From the NCBI GenBank assembly GCA_036158635.1, contig JAYYFR010000029.1:13802-77801 (forward strand): 64,000 nucleotides of DNA, read 5' to 3'. Each line of letters begins with the position of its first letter. Position 1 is the stretch's first letter. Both the position numbers and the translations under genes were made by a program. Below the pieces are notes generated by a model, which saw only the letters and a program-made list of their open reading frames with translations, was not told the DNA's origin and ran no database searches. Source of the DNA: Bacteroidota bacterium (lineage in GTDB: Bacteria; Bacteroidota; Bacteroidia; Flavobacteriales; TMED113). Below, piece after piece: positions 28,801 to 37,021 of the stretch.

Positions 28801-29518
28801 TTTCACTAGTCCAATTTCCAAAAACAAGTGAAAGAAAAACTAAATCTTGGTTTTCAGCACAAACAGTCGAATATTCACAAGATCCATCTTCAATAAAATT
28901 ATCTATTTCAAAGTTTATAGCAGAAACGTCAGTGCAACCAATACAAAATAATTCATCATCACAATTATCACATTCATTTGGATAAGTACAAGAATCATTA
29001 TTATCAGTTGCGGAAGGATCATAGTTACAAGCCTCTTCATCCATACACCCATCTATCGAAAATGAGCATGAAAGATTTAGATTAAAATCACCTTCATAAG
29101 ATCCCCATCCACTAACATATACATAATAAACTACATTTTCTTCGGATAAAAAAGTGACTTTTGAATGTAAATAATTTTCGCAATCAGAGTCATCATTTCC
29201 AGATACACAAGTTAAGTTAAATCCATCATCTTTAAATACATGTAATTTTGTATCATAAGAAGATTCACACATACTTAATTCCATTTCTTGACCATCACCA
29301 TAAATCATGTACCAAACTCCTGATGATTCATTCACTGTCGTCCCACACTCATTTAAACCAACAGATGTTAAATATTCTTGATCTGAATTGTTATTGACTG
29401 TAGAAGATGTTATATTATCACCACAAAATATTTGAATTGCATTAGCTATTTCATCATTATTTTGAGATGAAATATAAAAGCTAAATGTGAGAAATAGTAG
29501 TATTTTTTTGATAAACAT
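25820..29518 (-). CDS. Giant T9SS cargo protein with a lysyl-oxidase-like catalytic domain, TSP3-like Ca repeats, dockerin-like and cohesin-like modules
   Basis: Signal peptide. The LOX-like blocks are described under findings. The TSP3-like segment is DLDNDGIDNINDPDIDGDGILNGDDDDIDGNGILNELDDNP. The dockerin-like pair is GDLNFDGFIDVNDG...DLDSDGEITVSDIGLL. The Por tail is VLYPNPTSDILYFNISF...GIYNLTIDYENGFINKKIVIKK. Confidence 0.85.
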   Translation of the reverse strand: MFIKKILLFLTFSFYISSQNNDEIANAIQIFCGDNITSSTVNNNSDQEYLTSVGLNECGTTVNESSGVWYMIYGDGQEMELSMCESSYDTKLHVFKDDGFNLTCVSGNDDSDCENYLHSKVTFLSEENVVYYVYVSGWGSYEGDFNLNLSCSFSIDGCMDEEACNYDPSATDNNDSCTYPNECDNCDDELFCIGCTDVSAINFEIDNFIEDGSCEYSTVCAENQDLVFLSLVFGNWTSEITWDIQNENGEVIANSPPLNSWYQDYETYGQYLCLNINETYSFNSYDTYGDGWNGGLYTISQCDLAVVLANNNGEVPPGYGITEEFMMTSVDCNSYGCTNPDACNYDATALIDYGCVFSDEIIDCDGNCYNDLNQNGICDENDIYGCMDDSVSNYNPEATFDNGTCLYDVQCSNTEIQIDVLLSTDNYPWETSFILNDNGGVVWASEADVFSNVYSDYLFQYCLPVEGCYIFTVYDSYGDGIFDSGGLQVFYENDLVLENPDFSNEASITMNCPPGYDCNTAIEVGLGSYQTLSDDFWYVFSPTQNGQYEINTCQSECNTIIYVYDYCTGLLPTESNDATIYYNDDECGLQSQVNPLFAEGEFYYIRINGDCSEIDWEISYVGPVEGCMDPAACNFNPIAEVDDDNCLYPGDPDCTSGPDLAVLPFEDSMYLEVYENNDGCAIDEGCLNGYGTRYLVRFTTWIKNIGDEDYFIGSVNDNEETNQFEWDECHNHWHYKGYAEYVLFDTEGQLIPVGFKNGFCVMDLECSDGGTAQYGCSIMGISAGCGDIYGAGLSCQWIDITTVPDGDYTMVVRTNWDQDPDALGNVELTYENNWMQTCIRVITLEDGSKSYVLSTDLDNDGIDNINDPDIDGDGILNGDDDDIDGNGILNELDDNPFGLSDCPSYTDCNGEEFGNAQLDCNGVCGGEATTGDLNFDGFIDVNDGQEYINQIINNDITPTNCTDLDSDGEITVSDIGLLVNCINNFSVITRDNQSEPCQYGLEVTNPNDTVSFDIYDWNFEEGYVDISIQNPNNEVLGYQFKLGNEEVIITDVENLISENDYPITPSFSVYDNIILGVSLQDSLIQKNYDPVPLCRVYYSLPLGVNIDGNNFICIEEIIDVINQDYENVISVNNTDECEPFNQFNINEFEGISSFVLYPNPTSDILYFNISFEEKKEFVLSIYDLVGNLISSKSYNAKDISQELDFTSLSMGIYNLTIDYENGFINKKIVIKK

Positions 29519-29589
29519 GACTTGATGATTTTAAACAAATATACAATTTATTAAATCATATTATTTTTAACATTTGATAATAAATTTTA

Positions 29590-29597
29590 TAAATTTG
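29590..29597 (+). promoter_or_regulatory. Candidate -7 promoter box (TAAATTTG) abutting the start codon
   Basis: TAnnTTTG match ending 4 nt before the ATG at 29602. If real, it would give a leaderless or near-leaderless mRNA. Confidence 0.2.
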
Positions 29598-29601
29598 ATA
29601 C

Positions 29602-30126
29602 ATGAATAATAAAACATTATTAATTGTACTAATTATTTTGATTGGTGCTTTTTCTAGAATAATTCCTCATCCACCAAATTTTACCCCTATTGGGGCTATG
29701 TCAATACTTGGAGGATTATACTTTGGAAAAAAATATTTAGCCTTTATTATCCCTCTTATGGCAATGTTAGTATCCGATATTATTTTGGGTTATAAAATGT
29801 CAGTTATAGTCTACTTTTCTTTTTTAATAATTGTTCCTATGGGAATTATTTTAAGAAAAAAATTATCATTTTCTTCTTTATTTAAAACATCACTTACTGC
29901 TAGTGTTATTTTTTTTCTTGTCACTAATTTTTTTGTTTGGATTTTCTCATCACCCGCTGAGGGAATATATTATTGTCCTCCTAACTTAAATGGATTTATC
30001 AAATGCTACACTCAAGCAATTCCTTTTTTCTCTAATACTTTGTTGGGAGATTTATTTTTTTGCTTTAGTCTTTTTGGATTATATGAAATAATTACAAAAA
30101 AGAAATTTACATATATTAACTCATGA
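29602..30126 (+). CDS. Small polytopic membrane protein, DUF6580-like putative transporter component
   Basis: About 5 TM helices. The N-terminus GAFSRIIPHPPNFTPIGAMSILGG is typical of this family. Confidence 0.6.
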   Translation: MNNKTLLIVLIILIGAFSRIIPHPPNFTPIGAMSILGGLYFGKKYLAFIIPLMAMLVSDIILGYKMSVIVYFSFLIIVPMGIILRKKLSFSSLFKTSLTASVIFFLVTNFFVWIFSSPAEGIYYCPPNLNGFIKCYTQAIPFFSNTLLGDLFFCFSLFGLYEIITKKKFTYINS

Positions 30127-31256
30127 AAAATATTCTAGTCCTGGGTTGTGGTCGAGTTGGTAGAACAATTTGCTTAGACTTAGCTAATAAAAATGGTGTA
30201 ACTGTAGCAGATATTTCTGAAAATAATTTAAATAAAGTAAAAGGATTTAATATTAACACTGTTAAAATAGATCTTTCTAATTTAACAGACTTAAGAAAAT
30301 TAATAAATAAATTCGATCTAATTATTAGTTGTGTTCCTGGTTTTATGGGCTTCAAAACACTTCAAACTATAATTGAGGAAAGAAAAAATGTTGTGGATAT
30401 TTCTTTTTTTCCTGAAGATGCATTAGAATTATCTAAGTTAGCAAAGAAAAAAGAAATTACAGCAATTGTTGATGCTGGAGTTGCACCTGGATTAAGTAAT
30501 TTAATATTAGGTTACTATAATTCAATATATAACTTATCTTACTACTCCTGTTATGTTGGTGGACTTCCAATCATTAAAAAACCTCCGTTCGAATATAAGG
30601 CACCATTCTCTCCAATTGATGTGATTGAAGAATATACAAGACCAGCAAGGTTATATGAAAACTATAAAATTGTAACAAAAGATCCATTAACTGAAATAGA
30701 AATATTAAATTTTGAAAAAATTGGAGATTTAGAAGCCTTTAATACAGATGGACTTCGAACTCTTTTATTTACGATGAATCATATACCTAATATGAAAGAA
30801 AAAACACTTAGATATAAAGGTCATGCAAAAAAAATTCTCACTTTGAAAGAAGGTGGCTTTTTTAATCATGAAGAAATTAATATTCACGGTAAAAAAATAA
30901 AACCAATAGACATTACTACTGAAATTCTTAAAAAAGACTGGTTTTTAGAGGAAAATGACTTAGAATTTACTGTAATGAAAATTGAAATTCATGATTCAAA
31001 AAATATTTATACAATTGACTTATTTGATGAATATGATACAAGTTTGAATTTATCCTCTATGTCTAGAACAACAGGTTACACTTGTACAGCTTGTGCAAAT
31101 ATGTTAATAGAAAAAATTTTTAATGAAAAAGGAATTGTTCCTCTAGAAATCATTGGAAAAAATAAAATAAGTTATGATTATATAATTAACTACTTAAAAG
31201 ATAGAAAAGTTAATTTAATAACAAATAAAAAAGAAAAAAATGGAGCAAACAACTGA
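30123..31256 (+). CDS. Saccharopine dehydrogenase (NADP-binding) family oxidoreductase
   Basis: Rossmann N-terminus MKNILVLGCGRVGR plus a Sacchrp_dh-type C-terminal domain. ATGA overlap with the upstream gene. Confidence 0.7.
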   Translation: MKNILVLGCGRVGRTICLDLANKNGVTVADISENNLNKVKGFNINTVKIDLSNLTDLRKLINKFDLIISCVPGFMGFKTLQTIIEERKNVVDISFFPEDALELSKLAKKKEITAIVDAGVAPGLSNLILGYYNSIYNLSYYSCYVGGLPIIKKPPFEYKAPFSPIDVIEEYTRPARLYENYKIVTKDPLTEIEILNFEKIGDLEAFNTDGLRTLLFTMNHIPNMKEKTLRYKGHAKKILTLKEGGFFNHEEINIHGKKIKPIDITTEILKKDWFLEENDLEFTVMKIEIHDSKNIYTIDLFDEYDTSLNLSSMSRTTGYTCTACANMLIEKIFNEKGIVPLEIIGKNKISYDYIINYLKDRKVNLITNKKEKNGANN

Positions 31257-33357
31257 CAAACCAAATAATATGAAAACAAATATTTTAAAAGGCATTATTT
31301 TATTAACAATTTTTGGAGTTATTTTTCTTATGCTTAATGACGGAAAATATATATTATTTCCAAAACAAAATCTCTCCAATGTTATTGATAAAGATGAATT
31401 TCTATATCAAACAGAACAATTTGCTGATCTAAAAATGATAAGATACAGAGTTCCAGGCTTTGAAGAACTTGATTTGAGACAAAAAAAATTAATTTATTAT
31501 CTATCTCAAGCATCTTTGAGTGGTAGGGATATAATTTTTGACCAGAATTACAGACATAATTTAAAAGTTAGGAGAACTTTGGAGACAATTGCTGCTAATT
31601 ATGATGGAAATAGAAATTCTAAAGAATTTAAAGAATTTATGATATATTTGAAACGCTTCTGGTTTTCTGGAGGAATTCATCATCACTACTCCAGCGCAAA
31701 ATTACAACCCGGTTTTTCGTCTGAATTTCTTAACAAATTAATTTCAAACTCAAACTCATCTGATGATTATCCTTTTCCATTAGAAAATGGAGAAACTAAA
31801 TCTGAATTATTTCAATTTGTTAGTAATATAATTTTTGATGATAAAACAGATCTTAAAAGAGTTAATCGTGATGAGGGGGTAGATATTATTCTAGAATCTG
31901 CTAATAATTATTATGGCCCAAACGTTTCAGAGCTTGATGTTAGTTTATTTTATCAAAAAGAATTTGAAGAAAGAGCTCCTGAATATGGACTAAATTCTCA
32001 ATTAGTTAAAGAAAATGGGAAAGTTTTTGAGAAAACATATAAAGTTGATGGAATGTATGGAGAAGCTTTAAACAAAATGATTTTTTGGATTGAGAAAGCT
32101 AAATCTGTAGCTGAAAATGAAGATCAAAAAAAATCTTTTGACCTTTTAATAGAATATTACAAAACAGGAGATATTTACAAATGGGATGAGTATTGCGTAC
32201 AATGGGTTAATAATCAAACTGACATTGATTGGATTAATGGCTTTGTAGAAGTTTACGGAGATGCTGCTGGAAGAAAAGGAGCTTATGAGTCTATTGTTCA
32301 AATTAAAGATATGGAAGCATCTAAAACAACAGAGGTGATTAATGAATATGTTCAGTGGTTTGAAGACAATTCAAGTATTATGGATGAACATAAAAAAGAA
32401 AATGTAGTTGGGGTAAGTTACAAAGTAGTTTCAGTAGCTATGGAATCTGGAGATGCATCACCTTCAACACCAATTGGAGTTAACTTACCAAATAATAATT
32501 GGATCAGAACTGAAAAAGGATCAAAATCAGTGAGCTTGGGAAATATTATTGCTGCTTACAGTGAAGCTGCCGCAGGAGGTGGTTTTTTACAAGAATTTTG
32601 TTATTCTGATGAAGAAATGGAAAGAGCAAAAAAATATGGAAATAAAGCAAGTAAATTAGGAACATTACTTCATGAAGTGGTCGGTCACGCATCCGGAAAA
32701 ATAAATGAAGGAGTTGGAACACCCAAAGAAACCTTAAAAAATTATAAGTCTACACTTGAAGAGGCAAGAGCTGATTTAGTTGGTTTGTACTACATGATGA
32801 ATAACAAACTCATTGAAATTGGTCTAATGGAAACAATGGAATGCGGCAAAGCTCATTATGAATCATATATTAGAAATGGTTTAATGCTACAATTGAGAAG
32901 AATAGAACTAGGAGATAATATTGAACAAGACCATATGAGGAATAGACAACTAGTAGCATCCTGGGCTTATGAAAAAGGTCTAAAAAATAATGTAATTGAA
33001 AAGAAAACTAAAGATGGAAAAACTTTTTTTATAATAAATGATTACAAAGAATTACAAAATATTTTTGGTCAATTACTGAGAGAAATTCAAAGAATAACTT
33101 CAGAAGGAGATTTTGAAGCTGGAAAAAAATTAGTTGAAAATTATGGAGTTCAAGTTGATAGTAAGATTCATGAAGAAGTATTGAATAGATCTAAAAAGTT
33201 TAATAGTGCTCCTTATGGTGGGTTTATTAATCCTAAATATAGTTTAGTAATTGAAGATAATGAGGTAATTGATGTTCTAATAGAATATCCAGATGATTTT
33301 GAGACACAAATGATGGAATATGCTAGAGATTATTCTTTTTTGCCTAACACAAACTAA
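31240..33357 (+). CDS. Dipeptidyl-peptidase III (M49) family zinc metallopeptidase
   Basis: HEVVGH (the HExxGH zinc motif of M49) and EEARAD (second zinc-ligand motif), with an N-terminal membrane anchor. The start may instead be the ATG at 31270. Confidence 0.8.
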   Translation: MEQTTDKPNNMKTNILKGIILLTIFGVIFLMLNDGKYILFPKQNLSNVIDKDEFLYQTEQFADLKMIRYRVPGFEELDLRQKKLIYYLSQASLSGRDIIFDQNYRHNLKVRRTLETIAANYDGNRNSKEFKEFMIYLKRFWFSGGIHHHYSSAKLQPGFSSEFLNKLISNSNSSDDYPFPLENGETKSELFQFVSNIIFDDKTDLKRVNRDEGVDIILESANNYYGPNVSELDVSLFYQKEFEERAPEYGLNSQLVKENGKVFEKTYKVDGMYGEALNKMIFWIEKAKSVAENEDQKKSFDLLIEYYKTGDIYKWDEYCVQWVNNQTDIDWINGFVEVYGDAAGRKGAYESIVQIKDMEASKTTEVINEYVQWFEDNSSIMDEHKKENVVGVSYKVVSVAMESGDASPSTPIGVNLPNNNWIRTEKGSKSVSLGNIIAAYSEAAAGGGFLQEFCYSDEEMERAKKYGNKASKLGTLLHEVVGHASGKINEGVGTPKETLKNYKSTLEEARADLVGLYYMMNNKLIEIGLMETMECGKAHYESYIRNGLMLQLRRIELGDNIEQDHMRNRQLVASWAYEKGLKNNVIEKKTKDGKTFFIINDYKELQNIFGQLLREIQRITSEGDFEAGKKLVENYGVQVDSKIHEEVLNRSKKFNSAPYGGFINPKYSLVIEDNEVIDVLIEYPDDFETQMMEYARDYSFLPNTN

Positions 33358-33362
33358 ATAAC

Positions 33363-34631
33363 TTAGATTTTCTCAGTTGTTTCTATAAAATTAATACCTT
33401 CTTCTTCCAAAGATTTAAGGATAGGAATATACAGCTCTTTATAAATAGGAATTCTAACTCCTTTTATTGAAGTTTTACGCTCTAAAATTAACTTAGCAGC
33501 AAAAAATATCGGCAAACCAACAGTTTTTGCCATTGCAGTCCTGATATTGTCAGTACCAATGACTACCATTGAACTCAAGAGTCTCTTCTTAATATTATCA
33601 GATTCAAATTCAAATTTATGCTGCATAACAATCATATCTTTATCATCATCTTTAAGTTTCCATTTTTTTTCTAAAATGTTTTGTAAATTTTTACCATTAG
33701 AATTTTCTTTTAAAAAATCTGATTTGATGATGTCTAAATAGTTTATTTTTTCTAAAATAAATTTATCGTCAATTTTATTTAGTTTTTTTACAAAATCATT
33801 TTTGGAAAACATTTTTTCAGATTCTCCATAATTGGTTAAGCCATTCTCTACTAGAAAGTCCCAGGCAGATGAAAAACCTTTTTTTCTCATAGTTCCTCTA
33901 ACTAAAGTTTGAATACCCTCTAAATTATATTTTTCTTTATAATGTAAAGAATTTCTATTTGGATAAGATTCAAAATCTCCAAAATTAGGAATTGTTACTG
34001 TTTCTAAATTTTTAAAGACTTGATTGTATTGTATTTCTTTGATATTACCATTTTTTAAATATTTAGCACCATCACATCCAGCTAAAACAACATTTCTAGG
34101 ATTCCAAGTAAATTTGTATCCCCATGGATTATCACATGACCCGGGTGCTATTAATCCACCACAAAATGATTTAAATGAAGTTATATTATAATTTTTACTT
34201 TTTAATGAATCAATAATACTCATTGCAGATAAATGATCAATCCCAGGATCTAAACCAATTTCATTTAGCATTAATATATCTTGTTTAATAGCATCTTTAT
34301 TGAAAGAATTCATCTCTTCAGAAACGTAAGAAGCAGTAATAAGATTTTTTTTATAAAACAAACAATCCTTAGCAATTATGGTGTGAAATCTTGCGGGTAA
34401 CATTGAAATAATTAATTCAGACTTTTTAACTTCTTTGTGTCTTAATTTTTCATTATGAATATCAAAAATTAGACTTTTAAAATTAGAGAAAGTTTGAAAT
34501 TGTCTTAAAAAATCATTTTCAAATTGATCTAATACGGTAACATAATAATTGTTTGATTGAGAGTAATTTAATAAATATTCAATCAAAACACTTGAAGATC
34601 TACCGGTACCTATAACAAGAATGTTTTTCAT
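33363..34631 (-). CDS. Saccharopine dehydrogenase family protein (saccharopine reductase/Lys9-like size)
   Basis: Rossmann N-terminus MKNILVIGTGRSS, EIGLDPGIDH, and a Sacchrp_dh C-domain. Confidence 0.75.
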   Translation of the reverse strand: MKNILVIGTGRSSSVLIEYLLNYSQSNNYYVTVLDQFENDFLRQFQTFSNFKSLIFDIHNEKLRHKEVKKSELIISMLPARFHTIIAKDCLFYKKNLITASYVSEEMNSFNKDAIKQDILMLNEIGLDPGIDHLSAMSIIDSLKSKNYNITSFKSFCGGLIAPGSCDNPWGYKFTWNPRNVVLAGCDGAKYLKNGNIKEIQYNQVFKNLETVTIPNFGDFESYPNRNSLHYKEKYNLEGIQTLVRGTMRKKGFSSAWDFLVENGLTNYGESEKMFSKNDFVKKLNKIDDKFILEKINYLDIIKSDFLKENSNGKNLQNILEKKWKLKDDDKDMIVMQHKFEFESDNIKKRLLSSMVVIGTDNIRTAMAKTVGLPIFFAAKLILERKTSIKGVRIPIYKELYIPILKSLEEEGINFIETTEKI

Positions 34632-34747
34632 TTTCTGAAAAATAATATTTTTTTTAATAAACTAACTAAATATTTATTATAATTTAGCTACCATATAAGT
34701 ATTAAATATTGATTTAAATCAATTAATTTTTTAATATAAAAAAACAA

Positions 34748-36325
34748 ATGATAACTATTTTAAACAAACTTAACATAAATACAGATGTTAAGTGGAATTT
34801 ATCTCCTAGTGAAATAGAAAAAATTTGCCTTCTAGAAGGTAGTGCAAAAAAAACAAATCTAGAAGCCATAACAGTTGATACTGGTAAGTTTACCGGAAGA
34901 GCCCCTAAAGACAGGTATATTGTAAGTGACAGTGAAACAAAGGATAAAGTTTGGTGGGGAGATATAAACCAACCTTATAGTGAAGAAAATTTTATTAATT
35001 TAAAAAATAAAGTTTTACAACATTTAAACTCAAAAAAAGAAATCTACGCAAGAAATTGTTTTGCTTGCGCAAATCAAAAATATAAACTAAATATTACTGT
35101 AATTTCTGAAACTGCATGGGCTAGTTTGTTTGCGTACAATATGTTCTTAAGGGTAGATAAAGAGGATAAAAATTTTAAAACTGAATGGACTATAATTTGT
35201 GCACCAACTTTTAAAGCAAATCCAAATGAAGACAACACACGAAAAGAAAACTTTGCTATTATAAGCTTTCAAAATAAAGAAATAATTATTGGTGGCACAG
35301 CCTATACAGGAGAAATAAAAAAAGGAATATTTTCTGTTTTAAATTTTTTATTACCTACAAAAAAAAATGTATTATCTATGCACTGCTCAGCCAATATTGG
35401 TAAAAATAATGATACTGCATTATTTTTTGGGCTCTCTGGAACTGGAAAAACCACCTTATCTGCTCATAGAAAAAGAAAATTAATTGGAGATGATGAACAT
35501 GGTTGGGACGAAAACTCAATTTTCAATTTTGAAGGAGGTTGTTATGCAAAATGTATTGATTTATCACTTGAAAAAGAACCTGATATATATTCTGCTATAA
35601 AAAGTGGAGCTCTTCTTGAAAATATTTGTTTCAAAGAAGGAACAAATGAAATTAATTTTAATGACAGCTCAAAAACTGAAAATACCAGAGTTAGTTACCC
35701 TATTCATCACATAGAAAATATTGCTATTCCATCATTAGGAAAAGCTCCAAAAAATATATTTTTTTTAACAGCTGATGCCTTTGGTGTTCTTCCTCCAGTT
35801 TCAAAGTTAGATTCTAATCAAGCCATGTTTCATTTCATTTCTGGGTATACTGCAAAAGTTGCCGGTACTGAAGATGGTGTCACAGAGCCAGAAGCTACAT
35901 TTTCTTCTTGTTTCGGTGCACCTTTTATGCCATTACACCCTACCATATACGCTAAAATGCTTTCAATAAAAATTAAAGAAAATAATGTTAACGTCTGGTT
36001 AATTAATACAGGTTGGATCTCTGGCCCGTATGGTTTGGGATATAGAATTAAATTAAATCATACTAGAGCAATAATTGATGCTGCATTAAATAACGATTTG
36101 AATACACAAGAATATATAACTGACGAAATTTTTGGATTAAAAATACCAAAATCTTGTAAAAATGTTCCTGATGAGATTTTACAACCCTGGAAAACATGGG
36201 ACAATAAAGAAAATTATAAAAAACAAGCCCAAAAATTAGCTATTTTATTCAATAATAATTTTAAAAAGTTTAATAAACACTCTGATGATAATATAATATT
36301 AGGTGGTCCAATATTCAAAAATTAA
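34748..36325 (+). CDS. pckA: Phosphoenolpyruvate carboxykinase (ATP)
   Basis: The kinase-1a loop GLSGTGKTTLS, the motif GDDEHGW, and the expected length. Confidence 0.95.
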   Translation: MITILNKLNINTDVKWNLSPSEIEKICLLEGSAKKTNLEAITVDTGKFTGRAPKDRYIVSDSETKDKVWWGDINQPYSEENFINLKNKVLQHLNSKKEIYARNCFACANQKYKLNITVISETAWASLFAYNMFLRVDKEDKNFKTEWTIICAPTFKANPNEDNTRKENFAIISFQNKEIIIGGTAYTGEIKKGIFSVLNFLLPTKKNVLSMHCSANIGKNNDTALFFGLSGTGKTTLSAHRKRKLIGDDEHGWDENSIFNFEGGCYAKCIDLSLEKEPDIYSAIKSGALLENICFKEGTNEINFNDSSKTENTRVSYPIHHIENIAIPSLGKAPKNIFFLTADAFGVLPPVSKLDSNQAMFHFISGYTAKVAGTEDGVTEPEATFSSCFGAPFMPLHPTIYAKMLSIKIKENNVNVWLINTGWISGPYGLGYRIKLNHTRAIIDAALNNDLNTQEYITDEIFGLKIPKSCKNVPDEILQPWKTWDNKENYKKQAQKLAILFNNNFKKFNKHSDDNIILGGPIFKN

Positions 36326-36331
36326 ATTTGA

Positions 36332-37021
36332 ATGCAATTATTTTATTCAAAAGATATAGCTTCTACACTTTTCTTAAATAAAGAAGAAAGTAAACATTGC
36401 TCTCAAGTTCTTAGGAAAAAGAAAAATGATGTGATTTTTATTACAGACGGAAATGGTTTTTTATATGAATGTGAAATTCAAAAAATTAAAACAGAAAAAG
36501 TTGATATTAAAATAATAAAATCTCATCAAGAATTAAGAAAAAAAAAGTTTGAACTAGCTATTTCTTTTCCTAAACAAAGAAATAGAGTTGAGTGGATTAT
36601 TGAAAAAGCTACTGAAATTGGAGTTGATATAATAACTCCAATAATTTGTGAAAAATCTGAAAGAACAAAAATCAATATTGATAGAATTAAAAAAATAGCA
36701 ACTTCTTCAATGAAGCAATCATTAAGAACTTTCAAACCTGAAATTTCAGAGATGATTGATTTTTCAAAATTTGTAAAAACAAATAAATTTAAACACAAAT
36801 TTATCGCTCATTGCAAAGAAGACCCTGAAAAAAAAACTATAAAAAAACTAAAATATAATAATGCATGTATTGTTATAGGTCCTGAAGGAGATTTTTCTAA
36901 AAAAGAAATCAAAATGGCTAACGATGCAAATTTTTTGTCTGTCTCGTTAAGTAAAAATAGATTAAGAACAGATACCGCAGCAATTGTCGCATGTTACACT
37001 TTAATCTCAGAAAATGAATAG
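36332..37021 (+). CDS. rsmE: 16S rRNA (uracil1498-N3)-methyltransferase
   Basis: PUA-like N-domain, a SPOUT C-domain with IGPEGDFS, and a terminal LRTDTAA. Confidence 0.88.
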   Translation: MQLFYSKDIASTLFLNKEESKHCSQVLRKKKNDVIFITDGNGFLYECEIQKIKTEKVDIKIIKSHQELRKKKFELAISFPKQRNRVEWIIEKATEIGVDIITPIICEKSERTKINIDRIKKIATSSMKQSLRTFKPEISEMIDFSKFVKTNKFKHKFIAHCKEDPEKKTIKKLKYNNACIVIGPEGDFSKKEIKMANDANFLSVSLSKNRLRTDTAAIVACYTLISENE

